Position numbers and translations under genes: made by a program. A stretch of 64,000 nt of DNA. It comes from an uncultured Bacteroidaceae bacterium (GTDB lineage Bacteria; Bacteroidota; Bacteroidia; Bacteroidales; GCA-2748055). How positions within the stretch are numbered: position 1 is the first letter of the stretch; each line of letters begins with the position of its first letter. Location: NCBI GenBank assembly GCA_964572225.1, contig CAZNFR010000002.1:2924-66923 (forward strand). The letters are read 5' to 3'. Under the pieces are notes generated by a model that was not told the origin of the DNA, ran no database searches, and worked only from the letters and a program-made list of their open reading frames with translations. Below are positions 37,332 through 47,793 of this stretch, piece after piece.

Positions 37332-38115
37332 AAGGTTCAAGCCGGTATGAGTCTGCATCTTTCAATACGGGAAACGAGGTTCTAAAATCCACAAGCTCTT
37401 TATGAGACAATTTCACCTCTGCAATTTTTGGATCGCGTCCCAAATTCACAAGCACGTTTCCTTTAGGATCCACAACCATGCTTTCCCCGGTATAACTAAT
37501 CCCATTTTTATCTTGCCCTACGCGATTGCAACCTACAACATAGCATTGATTCTCAATGGCCCGGGCTTTTAACAAGGTTCGCCAGACATCCATTCGGGAT
37601 GATGGCCAATTGGCTACATTAATGAGAATATCATAGGGTTCCTCAGCATTATTGCGATGCCAAACCGGAAATCTAAGATCATAACAAATGGAAGGGAAAA
37701 TCTTCCAGTCCTGAGCGGAAAAATACTTTCTTTCCCAACCTCTGGCGAAGGCTTCATCTTCAAGCCCCATGGAGAATAAATGTCTTTTATCATAGTGGTC
37801 AACACTCCCATTTGGGCCGACCCAATAAAACCGGTTATGGAATACCTCATTAATTTTAACCGTAAGGCTACCGCACACAAAGGAGTGTAGCAGTTTTGCT
37901 TTATTTTTCATCCACTCGATTCCTTCCCCCTGATCATTTTCAAAGAAGGTCAGGGGTTTAACATTAAAGCCCGTTAAGAACATTTCCGGAAATACGATAA
38001 GGTCTGGACTACCGGATTGCCGGGCCAGAAGATTATCAAGGATCTGAATGTTTTCCTTTGGGGCCTCCCAACGAATATCGGGTTGAATAAGAAGGATATT
38101 TATATCAGAGGGCAT
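37330..38115 (-). CDS. carbon-nitrogen hydrolase (nitrilase superfamily; omega-amidase YafV-like)
   Basis: Glu-Lys-Cys triad context (VFPEMFLTGF, YDKRHLF, ICYDLRFP). 261 aa. Confidence 0.85.
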   Translation of the reverse strand: MPSDINILLIQPDIRWEAPKENIQILDNLLARQSGSPDLIVFPEMFLTGFNVKPLTFFENDQGEGIEWMKNKAKLLHSFVCGSLTVKINEVFHNRFYWVGPNGSVDHYDKRHLFSMGLEDEAFARGWERKYFSAQDWKIFPSICYDLRFPVWHRNNAEEPYDILINVANWPSSRMDVWRTLLKARAIENQCYVVGCNRVGQDKNGISYTGESMVVDPKGNVLVNLGRDPKIAEVKLSHKELVDFRTSFPVLKDADSYRLEP

Positions 38116-38140
38116 AGCCCTGCAAACATACGAAAATAGT

Positions 38141-39271
38141 TTAACTTTCCTCTCTGGAAACTTCCTCTTCTTCTTTCTGAAGAATGGAGGAAATCATGGG
38201 AACATAGTAGCTTTGGAAGAAGAAGGCTGGACTGTTTCGGAAGGATTTACAAAATGAATGGAACACCTGGTTTACTCCCCTCATCCTTGAACTTCCCATA
38301 AATACATTTTGCTTTGAAAAATCACCGCTAAGGTAATACAGTCTGGAGGTTTTGTGTTTAATAACGGCAGGAAACCGGGTGTTCAGTCCGTTCTGTTTTA
38401 GCAGATCCTCTCCCCTTTCGTTCAGGTTAAGATCAAAATGACTGATAACCTGGTTCCTTCCTTCATAACTGATTTCAAACCAGCCATCAAAGGCAATGGA
38501 TTCAGGTATATCATACAGCTTGCATGTTTTGTTATCTGTTTTAATAACCGGGAATTTTCCGCTCATATAATCATCCCTGGGTAGAATCAGCACCCTGTTT
38601 TTGGAAGATTCAATAAGAAGAATACCCGGGCCCTGGAATTTCCAGTCTCCGTTCTTCCCCTCCCATTCTTTTACGAACGAGGGTCCCATGGTTTTAAGGA
38701 TCCTGGATCTGTCAAGCTTAGAAAAGAATTTGCCTTTCCAGCCAAGATTATAGATATCCATTAACTGTTCGGTATTATATTTTACCAGATCCTCGGTTCC
38801 GGAAGAAAAGAAGTTATATTCGGCAACAATTAGTTTATTGTCATCCAGCATTTCCTTGAGCAGCACATAATCATTCTGGTTAAAACCACCATAAAAATCA
38901 GCAGAACCGGAGTTTCCAGAGTTAACCCCAAGATTATCAAGATAATAAAGTCCGTCATAATAACGGGTCAGGGAATCCAGATCTTCCAGGCGGAAAGACT
39001 TGATCATTATTTCCTTGTAAGGGGCATCGGGGTAATAGCCAAGGTAATCGTTGGAATAATCATATAATTTTTTGTCACTTTTTTTGATTTTCTGATAATT
39101 GAGCACCCAGGCAAGGGTTTTAAATTCATTATTGGTTTTGCTGTCGACCGACTTATTCACAATCAGGAGATCCATGGCAACAGGTTTCTTCATAAGCCAT
39201 AGAAGATGCCCTGCCAAAGGAATAAAAATGATGATTAGCGCAGCAATTACAATGATTCTGGAGGTTTTCAT
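38141..39271 (-). CDS. membrane-anchored hypothetical protein (376 aa)
   Basis: Single N-terminal TM helix (IIVIAALIIIFIPLAGHLLWL), then a soluble domain. No motif recognised. Confidence 0.7.
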   Translation of the reverse strand: MKTSRIIVIAALIIIFIPLAGHLLWLMKKPVAMDLLIVNKSVDSKTNNEFKTLAWVLNYQKIKKSDKKLYDYSNDYLGYYPDAPYKEIMIKSFRLEDLDSLTRYYDGLYYLDNLGVNSGNSGSADFYGGFNQNDYVLLKEMLDDNKLIVAEYNFFSSGTEDLVKYNTEQLMDIYNLGWKGKFFSKLDRSRILKTMGPSFVKEWEGKNGDWKFQGPGILLIESSKNRVLILPRDDYMSGKFPVIKTDNKTCKLYDIPESIAFDGWFEISYEGRNQVISHFDLNLNERGEDLLKQNGLNTRFPAVIKHKTSRLYYLSGDFSKQNVFMGSSRMRGVNQVFHSFCKSFRNSPAFFFQSYYVPMISSILQKEEEEVSREES

Positions 39272-39584
39272 AGCCGGTAATTAGTTTAGTTTATTCTTCC
39301 ATGCTATATCTCTCACGCTCAAGCAAATTAAAACAAAAAACGATTCCAGGGAAGTATACGATTATAAATGGTTTAAGTTCCGGAATGATGCTAAAATTGT
39401 GGAAGGAATAGTGGTTATGAACACTTTCAAAATCATCCAGATAATTTATTCGAAATTCTTGATTCTATTGGGCTCCCGCAACACTTCACGCTTTTTGAAA
39501 AAATTAAATAAGGTTTTCTTAATATATTTTTCTTCATTTGCATAATTTTTGTTTCTATTTTCATCAAACCATAAAAAAGAAATC

Positions 39585-40928
39585 ATGAATTCGTACTTCA
39601 GCAAGAAAGTACTAACCACTTACCTAAGTTTTTTCGTTTTCACAGGATTATTTTCGCAGGATATGAAGCCTTATGAGAATCCTGCCTACGGACCGGACAG
39701 TTTGACACGGATGGAATGCGCCAACAATCTTTCCACCATGAGTGAGTTTATGAAAATTGATCTTTTTGACTACGCCCTTCCTTCATGGAGAGAGGTTTTC
39801 AGGGATTGTCCCGAGTCCAGTAAAAACATTTACATAAGCGGAGTAAAGATCTATCAGAAACTGATCAAGGACACCCGTGATCGGGAGTTAAGCATGGCCT
39901 ATTACGACACGCTAATGATGATCTATGATCTGAGGATCAAATACTTTGGCGAAGAGGGCTATGTATTGGGAAGAAAAGGGATGGACATAATCCGCTACAA
40001 CGAGTCGGATTTTGAAAATGCTTATTATGCCTTTTCAGAATCGGTAAGATTTCAGGGAAATGAAGCTGAACTTAATTACATTACCGGACTGATTCAAACC
40101 GCCACTGTAATGCAAAAGTTTGGCAAGATTAGTGATGAAAAGTTATTGGAAGAATATTTGCTTTCGGTCGATATTTTGAATGCACAGAAAACCTCAGAGT
40201 CAAATCCCTCAAAAATTAGCAGGGTGAGATCCATACTTGACAAAGTGACTTCCGAGTCCAAAATTGACGAATGTGAAATTATCGAATCCGCTTTTAACGA
40301 AAGAGTTAGAGCTGATAATCCGGATGTTGACCTGATAAGGGTGGCCAATGATATAATGATAGGATCTGGCTGCGACAACACGCAATTTTATTCAGACGTA
40401 AATGAAATCTTGCTTGAAGTGGATCCGGATCCCGCTTTGGCCTATGAGGTTGCTAAGTTTAACCTCAAGAATGATAATTTTGAAAAGGCTGCAGAGTTTA
40501 TCCTAAAGGCGATTGATAATGAGGAAGATGCTGAGAAAAAAGCGAATTATCAATATCAGCTCTCGGTTATTTACAGTTCCAGGCTGGACCGGTTTCAGGA
40601 AGCTGTCAGGTTTGCCAAAGAGGCGATAGATAATAAACCTGGTTGGGGAGATCCTTATTTTGTAATTTCATCCGCGATTATTGAAGGGATTAAAAACTGC
40701 AATGTTGAATCTTTTGACAGACAGGCAGTATATTGGTTAGCTACTGATTATGCTTACCGGGCAAAAACAACCGACCCTTCAGTCGAAGAAAAGGCTAATG
40801 ATCTAATAGCGCAATACAGAAGCAATTATCCGAATGTAGAGGAAACTTTCTTCCGGAGTCTAAAGGAGGGTGACAGCTATTCGATAGGTTGCTGGATCAA
40901 CGAGAATACTACGGTAAAGACACGATAG
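39585..40928 (+). CDS. secreted alpha-helical (TPR-like) hypothetical protein
   Basis: Signal-like N-terminus (LTTYLSFFVFTGLFSQD) and a helix-repeat-rich sequence. The start was trimmed from the TTG at 39549 to the first ATG. Confidence 0.6.
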   Translation: MNSYFSKKVLTTYLSFFVFTGLFSQDMKPYENPAYGPDSLTRMECANNLSTMSEFMKIDLFDYALPSWREVFRDCPESSKNIYISGVKIYQKLIKDTRDRELSMAYYDTLMMIYDLRIKYFGEEGYVLGRKGMDIIRYNESDFENAYYAFSESVRFQGNEAELNYITGLIQTATVMQKFGKISDEKLLEEYLLSVDILNAQKTSESNPSKISRVRSILDKVTSESKIDECEIIESAFNERVRADNPDVDLIRVANDIMIGSGCDNTQFYSDVNEILLEVDPDPALAYEVAKFNLKNDNFEKAAEFILKAIDNEEDAEKKANYQYQLSVIYSSRLDRFQEAVRFAKEAIDNKPGWGDPYFVISSAIIEGIKNCNVESFDRQAVYWLATDYAYRAKTTDPSVEEKANDLIAQYRSNYPNVEETFFRSLKEGDSYSIGCWINENTTVKTR

Positions 40929-40946
40929 AAAAATTTGGAAAGCTTT

Positions 40947-40989
40947 AAAAACCGGAGGGGCCCTGGTTAGTTCTTCCGGTTTTTATTTT
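40947..40989. terminator. bidirectional hairpin terminator between convergent genes
   Basis: AAAA-ACCGGA...(16-nt loop)...TCCGGT-TTTTATTTT. An A-tract and a T-tract flank a GC-containing stem. Confidence 0.55.
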
Positions 40990-40997
40990 CATGTTAA

Positions 40998-41699
40998 TCA
41001 GATTTCAAATTTATACCCTACTCCTTTGATGGTTTTGATTCTTTCCACGCCGATTTTTTCCCGGAGTTTTCGGATATATACATCTATGGTTCTGTCGCTT
41101 ACATAGACATCGGAACCCCAGATATGATCAAAGATCTCTTCTCTGGTAAAAACCCTGGAAGGTTTGGAAGTAAGGAGAACCAGGAGATTGAATTCTTTTT
41201 TAGGAAGCTCTATTTCTTTATCATCCACCGAGATGAGGTGTCTTTCCCTGTCGATCATAATATTTCCCAGTTTTAGTTTCTCGGCAGGCTGATCAGGATT
41301 GTCCTGGGGTCTGCTGCCGGCATATCGCTTCAGAAGAGCCTTGATACGGCTGGTAAGTACCTTGGGTCGGATGGGTTTGGTGATGAAGTCGTCTGCTCCT
41401 GCGTTAAATCCGGCAATCTGCGAATAATCTTCAGACCGGGCGGTAAGAAAAGCGATCAGGGTTTCGGAAAGTTCCGGGATAGTCCTTATTTCTTCGCAGG
41501 TTTCTATCCCATCCATTTCCGGCATCATGATATCCAGAAGGATAAGGTGGGGTCCGAATTTTCTGGCAATTTCGATGGCTGAACGTCCGTTACGGGCTAC
41601 GTCCACGTTGAAACCTTCTTTTCTTAAATTATAACTTACAAACTCTACAATATCTTCTTCGTCATCTACCACAAGGATCTTAAAAAGGTTTTCCTTCAT
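40998..41699 (-). CDS. OmpR/PhoB-type response regulator transcription factor (orphan)
   Basis: Receiver (ILVVDDE, LLDIMMPEMDG, KP) plus winged helix (TREEIFDHIW...VYIRKLREKI...KGVGYKF). The start was trimmed to the ATG (MKENLFKILVVDDE). Confidence 0.9.
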   Translation of the reverse strand: MKENLFKILVVDDEEDIVEFVSYNLRKEGFNVDVARNGRSAIEIARKFGPHLILLDIMMPEMDGIETCEEIRTIPELSETLIAFLTARSEDYSQIAGFNAGADDFITKPIRPKVLTSRIKALLKRYAGSRPQDNPDQPAEKLKLGNIMIDRERHLISVDDKEIELPKKEFNLLVLLTSKPSRVFTREEIFDHIWGSDVYVSDRTIDVYIRKLREKIGVERIKTIKGVGYKFEI

Positions 41700-41897
41700 A
41701 TTTGGTGTTTTAAGGTTTACCAAATGTAATTTTGGCGAATTAAAGAATCGTTAATAAATCTTTATAATAGATATAAGTTTTACTTATAACCCCTGCAAAG
41801 TCATTAACAATCAATTCATGTTATATTAACTATTTGTTAATAAGGCCATGCGATTAATATGATAATATTGTGGTTTTAAAAACTGCGTCTGAATATT

Positions 41898-44150
41898 ATG
41901 GAATATTACTATATAACCATTGTTATTGTTCTATTTGCACTGGCCGTATCCGATTTGATTGTAGGGGTCTGTAATGATGCAGTTAACTTCCTTAATTCTG
42001 CCATTGGTTCCAAGGCTGCGCCCTTTAAGGTGATTATGGCCATTGCTTCCATGGGGATCATTGTAGGTGCAACCTTTTCAAGCGGTATGATGGAGGTTGC
42101 CAGACAGAGTATCTTTCATCCGGATCAATTTTTCTTTCAAGAGATTATGATCATCTTTCTGGCAGTGATGATCACGGATATTATCCTGCTTGATACCTTC
42201 AATACCTTTGCATTGCCGACTTCCACGACGGTTTCCATTGTTTTTGAGTTGCTGGGTGCAGCCGTGGCTGTTTCCATAATAAAAATAACCAGGGCAGCGG
42301 AAGAAATGTCTACCCTAGTTAATTATATAAATTCAGAAAGGGCCTTTGAAATTGTACTGGGAATATTTATCTCCATTCTTATCGCATTTACCGTAGGGGC
42401 CATAATCCAGTTTTTGGTTCGTATGGTCTTTTCCTTTAATGTTCAGAATACCATCCGTTATTGGGGTGGAGTATGGGGAGGTATTTCCTTTTCTGCCATA
42501 ACCTACTTCATGCTTATCAAGGGTGCCAAGGGCGCTTCATTTATTACGGAGAATATGGCGGAGTGGATTAGCTCAAATAACTTCAACATTCTATTATTAA
42601 GTTTCCTGGCCGGCACAATCATATTTCAGCTGATATTAGTTTTTACCAAGTTCAATATTTTAAAAATTATTGTTCTGCTGGGAACCTTTGCTTTGGCAAT
42701 GGCATTTGCGGGGAATGACCTGGTGAACTTCATCGGGGTACCTCTTGCAGGATTTGAATCCTTTAAAGCTTTTCTGGCGGAGGGATCTGATCCCGGTTCA
42801 TTTACCATGGAGATCCTCAAGCAGCCCGTTAAGACCCCTACACTTTACCTTTTGCTAGCCGGACTTATCATGGCTGTTACCTTAAGGTTTTCCCGCAAGG
42901 CAAGATCGGTAACTGCCACGGAAATTGACCTTGGGAGTCAGCAGGAAGGATTTGAACGATTTAAATCTTCCTCCCTTGCAAGACTGATTGTGAGATCCGC
43001 CATCAATTTAAATGAAGTTGTTAAGCGTGTGGTTCCCACCAGGCTTCAGGAAAGAATTGACAAGCGTCTAGATATCAAGGGTGCGAGAAGTAGTGAAAAC
43101 AAACCCCAGGAGAAGCTTGCATTTGACCTGGTAAGAGCCTCGGTTAATCTTGTGGTTGCGAGTATCCTGATATCCATAGGAACCACCTACAAACTTCCTT
43201 TATCCACCACCTATGTTACATTTATGGTAAGTATGGGTTCCTCCCTTTCGGACAGGGCCTGGGGCCGGGAATCTGCAGTTTACAGGATCACAGGGGTCCT
43301 CACTGTGATTGGAGGTTGGTTCCTTACCGCAATGATTGCGTTTTCGGTTTCCTTTATGATTGCCCTGATCATCAATTATGCAGGATTAACCGGCATTGTT
43401 CTTCTGATTGCCCTGGTAATATTCCTGGTAATAAAAAGTAAGATCCTCCACAACCGAAGAGAAATGAAAAACAATTCGGAAAGGTATTTCTCGGATAAGG
43501 AACTTACTGCTGAAAGGTTTATTGACCAGTGCTCCGCTACGGTTCAAACGATCACCATTAATGTATCCAAACTTTTCTACCTTGGTTTCCTTAATTTCTC
43601 CAACCATAAGAGAAAAGACCTTCAAAACGTTCTGAAAGATATACGAGATCTCAGCAATCAGGTATCCAGGCAAAAAGCGAACCTTCCCCGCACCATACAA
43701 AAACTTGAACAGGACGAAATCGAAACGGGACATCATTATGTTCAGGTTTTGGATTATCTCAAGGAGACTACCAACTGTTTGCAGTTCGTCGTGGAACCTC
43801 TTTTCCAGCATGTTGATAATAATCATCCTCCTTTACTTGAACAACAGGCGAATGATCTTCTTGCTTTTAATGAAAAAATGTCGGAGTATTTCAATTATGC
43901 GCTTACAATATTGAAAAATAATTCATTTGAGCATATTGAAGATCTAAAGAACAGAAGGGACATCCTGATAGAGCATATTTTCGAGCTTCGCAAAAAGCAA
44001 ATTAAACAGCTTAAAAAAGAGGGGAAAGGAACCAAAGTCAGTCTTCTATATATGGACGTGATGAACGAATCCAGAAATATGCTTTTGTTTGTTGCCAACG
44101 TGTTGGAAGCATATCAGCAATTTGTGGATCATGGTAATCAGGTAAAATAG
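41898..44150 (+). CDS. inorganic phosphate transporter (PiT/PHO4 family) with a long C-terminal PhoU-like helical domain
   Basis: 750 aa. Duplicated PiT signature (GVCNDAVNFLNSAIGS near the N-terminus and FAGNDLVNFIGVPL mid-protein), about 10 TM helices, and a roughly 230-aa soluble helical C-terminus. Confidence 0.75.
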   Translation: MEYYYITIVIVLFALAVSDLIVGVCNDAVNFLNSAIGSKAAPFKVIMAIASMGIIVGATFSSGMMEVARQSIFHPDQFFFQEIMIIFLAVMITDIILLDTFNTFALPTSTTVSIVFELLGAAVAVSIIKITRAAEEMSTLVNYINSERAFEIVLGIFISILIAFTVGAIIQFLVRMVFSFNVQNTIRYWGGVWGGISFSAITYFMLIKGAKGASFITENMAEWISSNNFNILLLSFLAGTIIFQLILVFTKFNILKIIVLLGTFALAMAFAGNDLVNFIGVPLAGFESFKAFLAEGSDPGSFTMEILKQPVKTPTLYLLLAGLIMAVTLRFSRKARSVTATEIDLGSQQEGFERFKSSSLARLIVRSAINLNEVVKRVVPTRLQERIDKRLDIKGARSSENKPQEKLAFDLVRASVNLVVASILISIGTTYKLPLSTTYVTFMVSMGSSLSDRAWGRESAVYRITGVLTVIGGWFLTAMIAFSVSFMIALIINYAGLTGIVLLIALVIFLVIKSKILHNRREMKNNSERYFSDKELTAERFIDQCSATVQTITINVSKLFYLGFLNFSNHKRKDLQNVLKDIRDLSNQVSRQKANLPRTIQKLEQDEIETGHHYVQVLDYLKETTNCLQFVVEPLFQHVDNNHPPLLEQQANDLLAFNEKMSEYFNYALTILKNNSFEHIEDLKNRRDILIEHIFELRKKQIKQLKKEGKGTKVSLLYMDVMNESRNMLLFVANVLEAYQQFVDHGNQVK

Positions 44151-44210
44151 CCTGAATGGTGTTCAGTTACCGACCAAAAAATGAAATATTTTAGATCAGG
44201 GTAGGAAGAT

Positions 44211-44915
44211 TCAGGCTGAAGTAAACTTATAACCTACTCCCTTAACCGTTTTAATGTAATCCTTACCCAGTTTTTCCCTTAGCTTCCGTATGTGAACGTC
44301 GATGGTTCGGTCGCCTACGATAATATTGTCGCCCCAGACATTGTGGAAAATCTCTTCGCGTGTAAAGACTTTTTCGGGTTTGGATATTAAAAGATTAAGC
44401 AGTTCAAATTCTTTTTTGGGAAGAAAGAGTTCTTTTTCTTTAAGCATTACCAGATAGCGTTCCTTATCGATTTTAATATCCTGCAGATCCTCAGGTATTG
44501 GGACCTCTTTTAATTCCCGGGCGGTTTTCTTGTATCTTTTCAATAGTGCTTTTACCCTGCTGGTAAGCAGTTTAGGCTTAATGGGCTTGGTAATATAATC
44601 ATCGCCTCCGGCCTCGAATCCTGCTATCTGACTGTAATCTTCCCCTCTGGCTGTAAGAAAGGCAATCAGTACGTTGTTCAGACCGGGGATCCTCCTTATT
44701 TCTTCGCAGGTTTCGATCCCATCCATCCTGGGCATCATTACATCCAGCAGGATCAAATGAGGGTCCACTGATTTTGCAATGGAAATGGCTTCATTTCCAT
44801 TGTTGGCTTTAAACACCTGAAAACCTTCTTTTTCTAAATTATATCCAAGAAATTCAAGAATATCCTTCTCATCATCTACAAGAAGTATTTTGTATTTACT
44901 ATAATCCATATCCAT
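44211..44915 (-). CDS. OmpR/PhoB-type response regulator transcription factor (orphan; paralogue of 40998..41699)
   Basis: ILLVDDE, LLDVMMPRMDGIETCEEIR, ITKPIKP, TREEIFHNVW, VHIRKLREKL and KGVGYKF. About two-thirds identical to the other regulator by eye. Confidence 0.9.
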   Translation of the reverse strand: MDMDYSKYKILLVDDEKDILEFLGYNLEKEGFQVFKANNGNEAISIAKSVDPHLILLDVMMPRMDGIETCEEIRRIPGLNNVLIAFLTARGEDYSQIAGFEAGGDDYITKPIKPKLLTSRVKALLKRYKKTARELKEVPIPEDLQDIKIDKERYLVMLKEKELFLPKKEFELLNLLISKPEKVFTREEIFHNVWGDNIIVGDRTIDVHIRKLREKLGKDYIKTVKGVGYKFTSA

Positions 44916-45020
44916 TTCAAAATAAACTTAATTGTATGAAAATAAAGGCATAGTTAAATTTACGGGTGAATCCTTTATTTTTTAAATAAATATAAGAAAT
45001 AAACAAACCTTTCCGGTAAC

Positions 45021-45398
45021 TCAGGTATTTGAATTAAGCATATCAGGACCGGACAGGATCAGGTCTTTCTTTTCATTCAGGCCAATTTGCAAATTCTTCA
45101 GGTCCTTTAACTGAATATTTCTTATGATTTTTTCCTGGTAGGAAATATACTCGATCCTAAGTGAATAGGACTCCTTTTCCGGGATTGAAAGTACAAATTC
45201 CCCATCGAATCCACTCATTACTGTCTCATTACTGCCTATAAGAGTTATACTGGCACCGGCAAGCGCTTCGCCTGAGCCAAGGTCAAAAACCTTTCCTGCA
45301 ATCTCTGTCTTTGAAGGGGATTCTGATTTCCTTAAATCGAATTTATCCTGGGGGTAAAGCCCTGAGAGAATAAGGCTTAACACTATAAATATCTTCAT
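45021..45398 (-). CDS. small secreted CarboxypepD_reg-like domain protein
   Basis: Signal peptide, then IAGKVFDLGSGEALAGASITLIGSNETVMSGFDGEFVL...YISYQEK. Confidence 0.65.
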   Translation of the reverse strand: MKIFIVLSLILSGLYPQDKFDLRKSESPSKTEIAGKVFDLGSGEALAGASITLIGSNETVMSGFDGEFVLSIPEKESYSLRIEYISYQEKIIRNIQLKDLKNLQIGLNEKKDLILSGPDMLNSNT

Positions 45399-45514
45399 TC
45401 ACAATATTTTGGACAAATATATTACGAAATCCTGAACCCAAAGTTAAATTATACTTAACCTAAACTTTAATTTATATTAAATTAACGTTAACATGCTGAT
45501 TGAATTAACAATAG

Positions 45515-47047
45515 TTAAAAAGCTTTCCGGTGTTGGGGTTTATTTAAGTCGAAAACTGTTTTCACGGGAGTGAAGGTTTCCACCGGTACTTCCACGAACC
45601 AGGTAAGCCAACCAGCCATGGATCCATTCCATAAGCCTGGTAATTCAAGAGCTTTAAGGCTTTTTCCGTTCTGCGACTTATGTGATATAAAGGCCATGGA
45701 TGGGTCTCTGAAATCTTCCAGCCTGAAAGTTTCATCCCGGTATGATTTTATGCAAGCGGCAATATCTACGGGATTAAAATGAGTACTTGCATTGAAAATA
45801 TCTTTTTGACCAGGATTATCGAGGTCTATTTGGGAGCTTTCGATTATCTGTTTGCTTATTTGTCCGCCCGATGACTTGATCCAAAAGGGTCCCCCGCCGG
45901 GTTCACCTTCATTTTTCACCATTCCGCAAACCCGTATCGGTTTATCCAGAAAATTGAATGCCAGCTCATTAAAACGGTCATTGGTCACCAATTTCAATGA
46001 TTCGGCATATTCAGGGGATATTCCGGAAATGAAATCGATCAGGGATTTTTTTAGTCCCTCGCTCCTGTCCCCGTTGGATAATTTTTGCAGGGCAGTATGG
46101 ATAAAGGACACTTTTTCAAATAAGAATCCGCCAAGAAGTTTTTTGTATCTTACCCTGATGCCGGAATTTCGTTCTGGTGAAACATTATCGATATTTCCGA
46201 TAAAAAGCATCTTCCTGTCGACCTCCCCCAGATTTTTCAAAAGAGCACCGTGCCCTCCGGGCCGGAAGAGCAATTGTCCGTCCTCAAGCCTGAATGGGGT
46301 GTTATCCGGAGTAACCGCAATGGTATCGGTTGCGGCAGACTGAAAAGAAAAACTTACTTCAAACTCCTGATTAAAACCTATACGGTACTTTTTTACAAGT
46401 TCCTCTTTCAGAGTGCTGAACAGTCCGTGGTGTTCTTCTGAAATGGTGAAATGCATATGGATTTTAGAGCCCTTACCAAAGATCCTTGAAGCCTCGGCAA
46501 AATGTTCCTCAAATGCGGTTCGGATCTCATTTGGGTAGGCATGAAACTTAAGCAGTCCCTTGGGTAGATTGCCATAATTCAATCCCTGGGAGGTAAGGAG
46601 TAAATTCAGGATGGCAGCATGGTCTCTATTCTCCCTGAGTTCATTCAGGTTTAGGCCATGTTGATTTGCCATTACCTGAAGATCTGTATAAAATGGATAC
46701 ATCTCCAGGTCCTCAAAAAAGTTTTTCTGCTCCTGATCCGGGGAATGCTGATCGCTGCATTCGTTTATTTTGGATAAGAGGTCAAATAGTGATTTGAACA
46801 TTCTGGTTGCCGCCCCTGAGGCAGGTACGAATTTTCCGGGATCATTCAGGGAATGGTTTAATTCGAACTGTTCGACATAATGGTTGATTTCCTCTTCGGT
46901 AAGTCTTTCAATTCCATCGTTTGGAGTTGCGGGCCTCACCAGCTCAACGAAATCAATGCCTCTTTCAAACACCCTGATCTGTTCCAGGACCCCTTCGGGG
47001 GATTGTTGTTTTTGTCGGATTTGTTCAAGGTCCTTTTCTGTAAACAT
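45515..47047 (-). CDS. DUF4301-like protein (510 aa, function unknown)
   Basis: The N-terminus FTEKDLEQIRQKQQSPEGVLEQIRVFERG and the length match my recollection of DUF4301. No catalytic motif identified. Confidence 0.55.
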   Translation of the reverse strand: MFTEKDLEQIRQKQQSPEGVLEQIRVFERGIDFVELVRPATPNDGIERLTEEEINHYVEQFELNHSLNDPGKFVPASGAATRMFKSLFDLLSKINECSDQHSPDQEQKNFFEDLEMYPFYTDLQVMANQHGLNLNELRENRDHAAILNLLLTSQGLNYGNLPKGLLKFHAYPNEIRTAFEEHFAEASRIFGKGSKIHMHFTISEEHHGLFSTLKEELVKKYRIGFNQEFEVSFSFQSAATDTIAVTPDNTPFRLEDGQLLFRPGGHGALLKNLGEVDRKMLFIGNIDNVSPERNSGIRVRYKKLLGGFLFEKVSFIHTALQKLSNGDRSEGLKKSLIDFISGISPEYAESLKLVTNDRFNELAFNFLDKPIRVCGMVKNEGEPGGGPFWIKSSGGQISKQIIESSQIDLDNPGQKDIFNASTHFNPVDIAACIKSYRDETFRLEDFRDPSMAFISHKSQNGKSLKALELPGLWNGSMAGWLTWFVEVPVETFTPVKTVFDLNKPQHRKAF

Positions 47048-47099
47048 GGGATTAACACTAATGGTGTAACTATGTGAAACAACTTATTCCTATGATTGT

Positions 47100-47687
47100 T
47101 TACAGGGCCGTATATGCTTTAGCGGATTTTGCACCCAATTCAAAAGCATCTATGTTGCCCTGGGTAATATCCTCTCCTTTTTTCCCAAAAAGCTCCCGAA
47201 TGCTTTGGTGAAATGAATCTCTCCCAATTTCCATATATATGGAGGCAGCTCCCAGGATGGCCATATTTGAGGCTTTTATACTCCCCACTTCTTTTGCAAT
47301 TTGGTTGGCGTCGAGGAGGATGTGGTGATTAATCTTCTTAATTTCCTTTTTTATCTCATCCTCGTCAGGATAATTTGGAATGTTCTTAAATGCAACTGTA
47401 TTAGAGATCAGCCATCCATTCTCATTTAACCAGGGCAGATATCGAAGGGACTCCATAGGTTCGACTGACAGGATCAGGTCGCACTCGCCGGCAGGAATAA
47501 GATCGGAGAAGACAGGCTTGTCTGAAATTCTGAGATGGGATTGGACTGCCCCACCCCTCTGGCTCATGCCATGAACTTCGGCCTGTTTTACGTTAAAGCC
47601 TTCTTTAAGAGCAGCCATTCCAATGATTGCTGCTATGGAAAGAATTCCTTGTCCGCCTACCCCTGCAAGTATTATGTCTTTTTTCAT
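47100..47687 (-). CDS. iorB: indolepyruvate:ferredoxin oxidoreductase subunit beta
   Basis: MKKDIILAGVGGQGILS...EVHGMSQRGG, the gamma-domain type of 2-oxoacid:ferredoxin oxidoreductases. The start was trimmed to the first ATG. Confidence 0.85.
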   Translation of the reverse strand: MKKDIILAGVGGQGILSIAAIIGMAALKEGFNVKQAEVHGMSQRGGAVQSHLRISDKPVFSDLIPAGECDLILSVEPMESLRYLPWLNENGWLISNTVAFKNIPNYPDEDEIKKEIKKINHHILLDANQIAKEVGSIKASNMAILGAASIYMEIGRDSFHQSIRELFGKKGEDITQGNIDAFELGAKSAKAYTAL

Positions 47688-47793
47688 CCTTATAAAATTA
47701 CTTTTCAATGGTTTGACGAAACCCTGTATTTTCTATGGCCTATGGGTTTCATGGAATAACAATTATTGTTTAAACATTAAGCATTCGCCAGGC

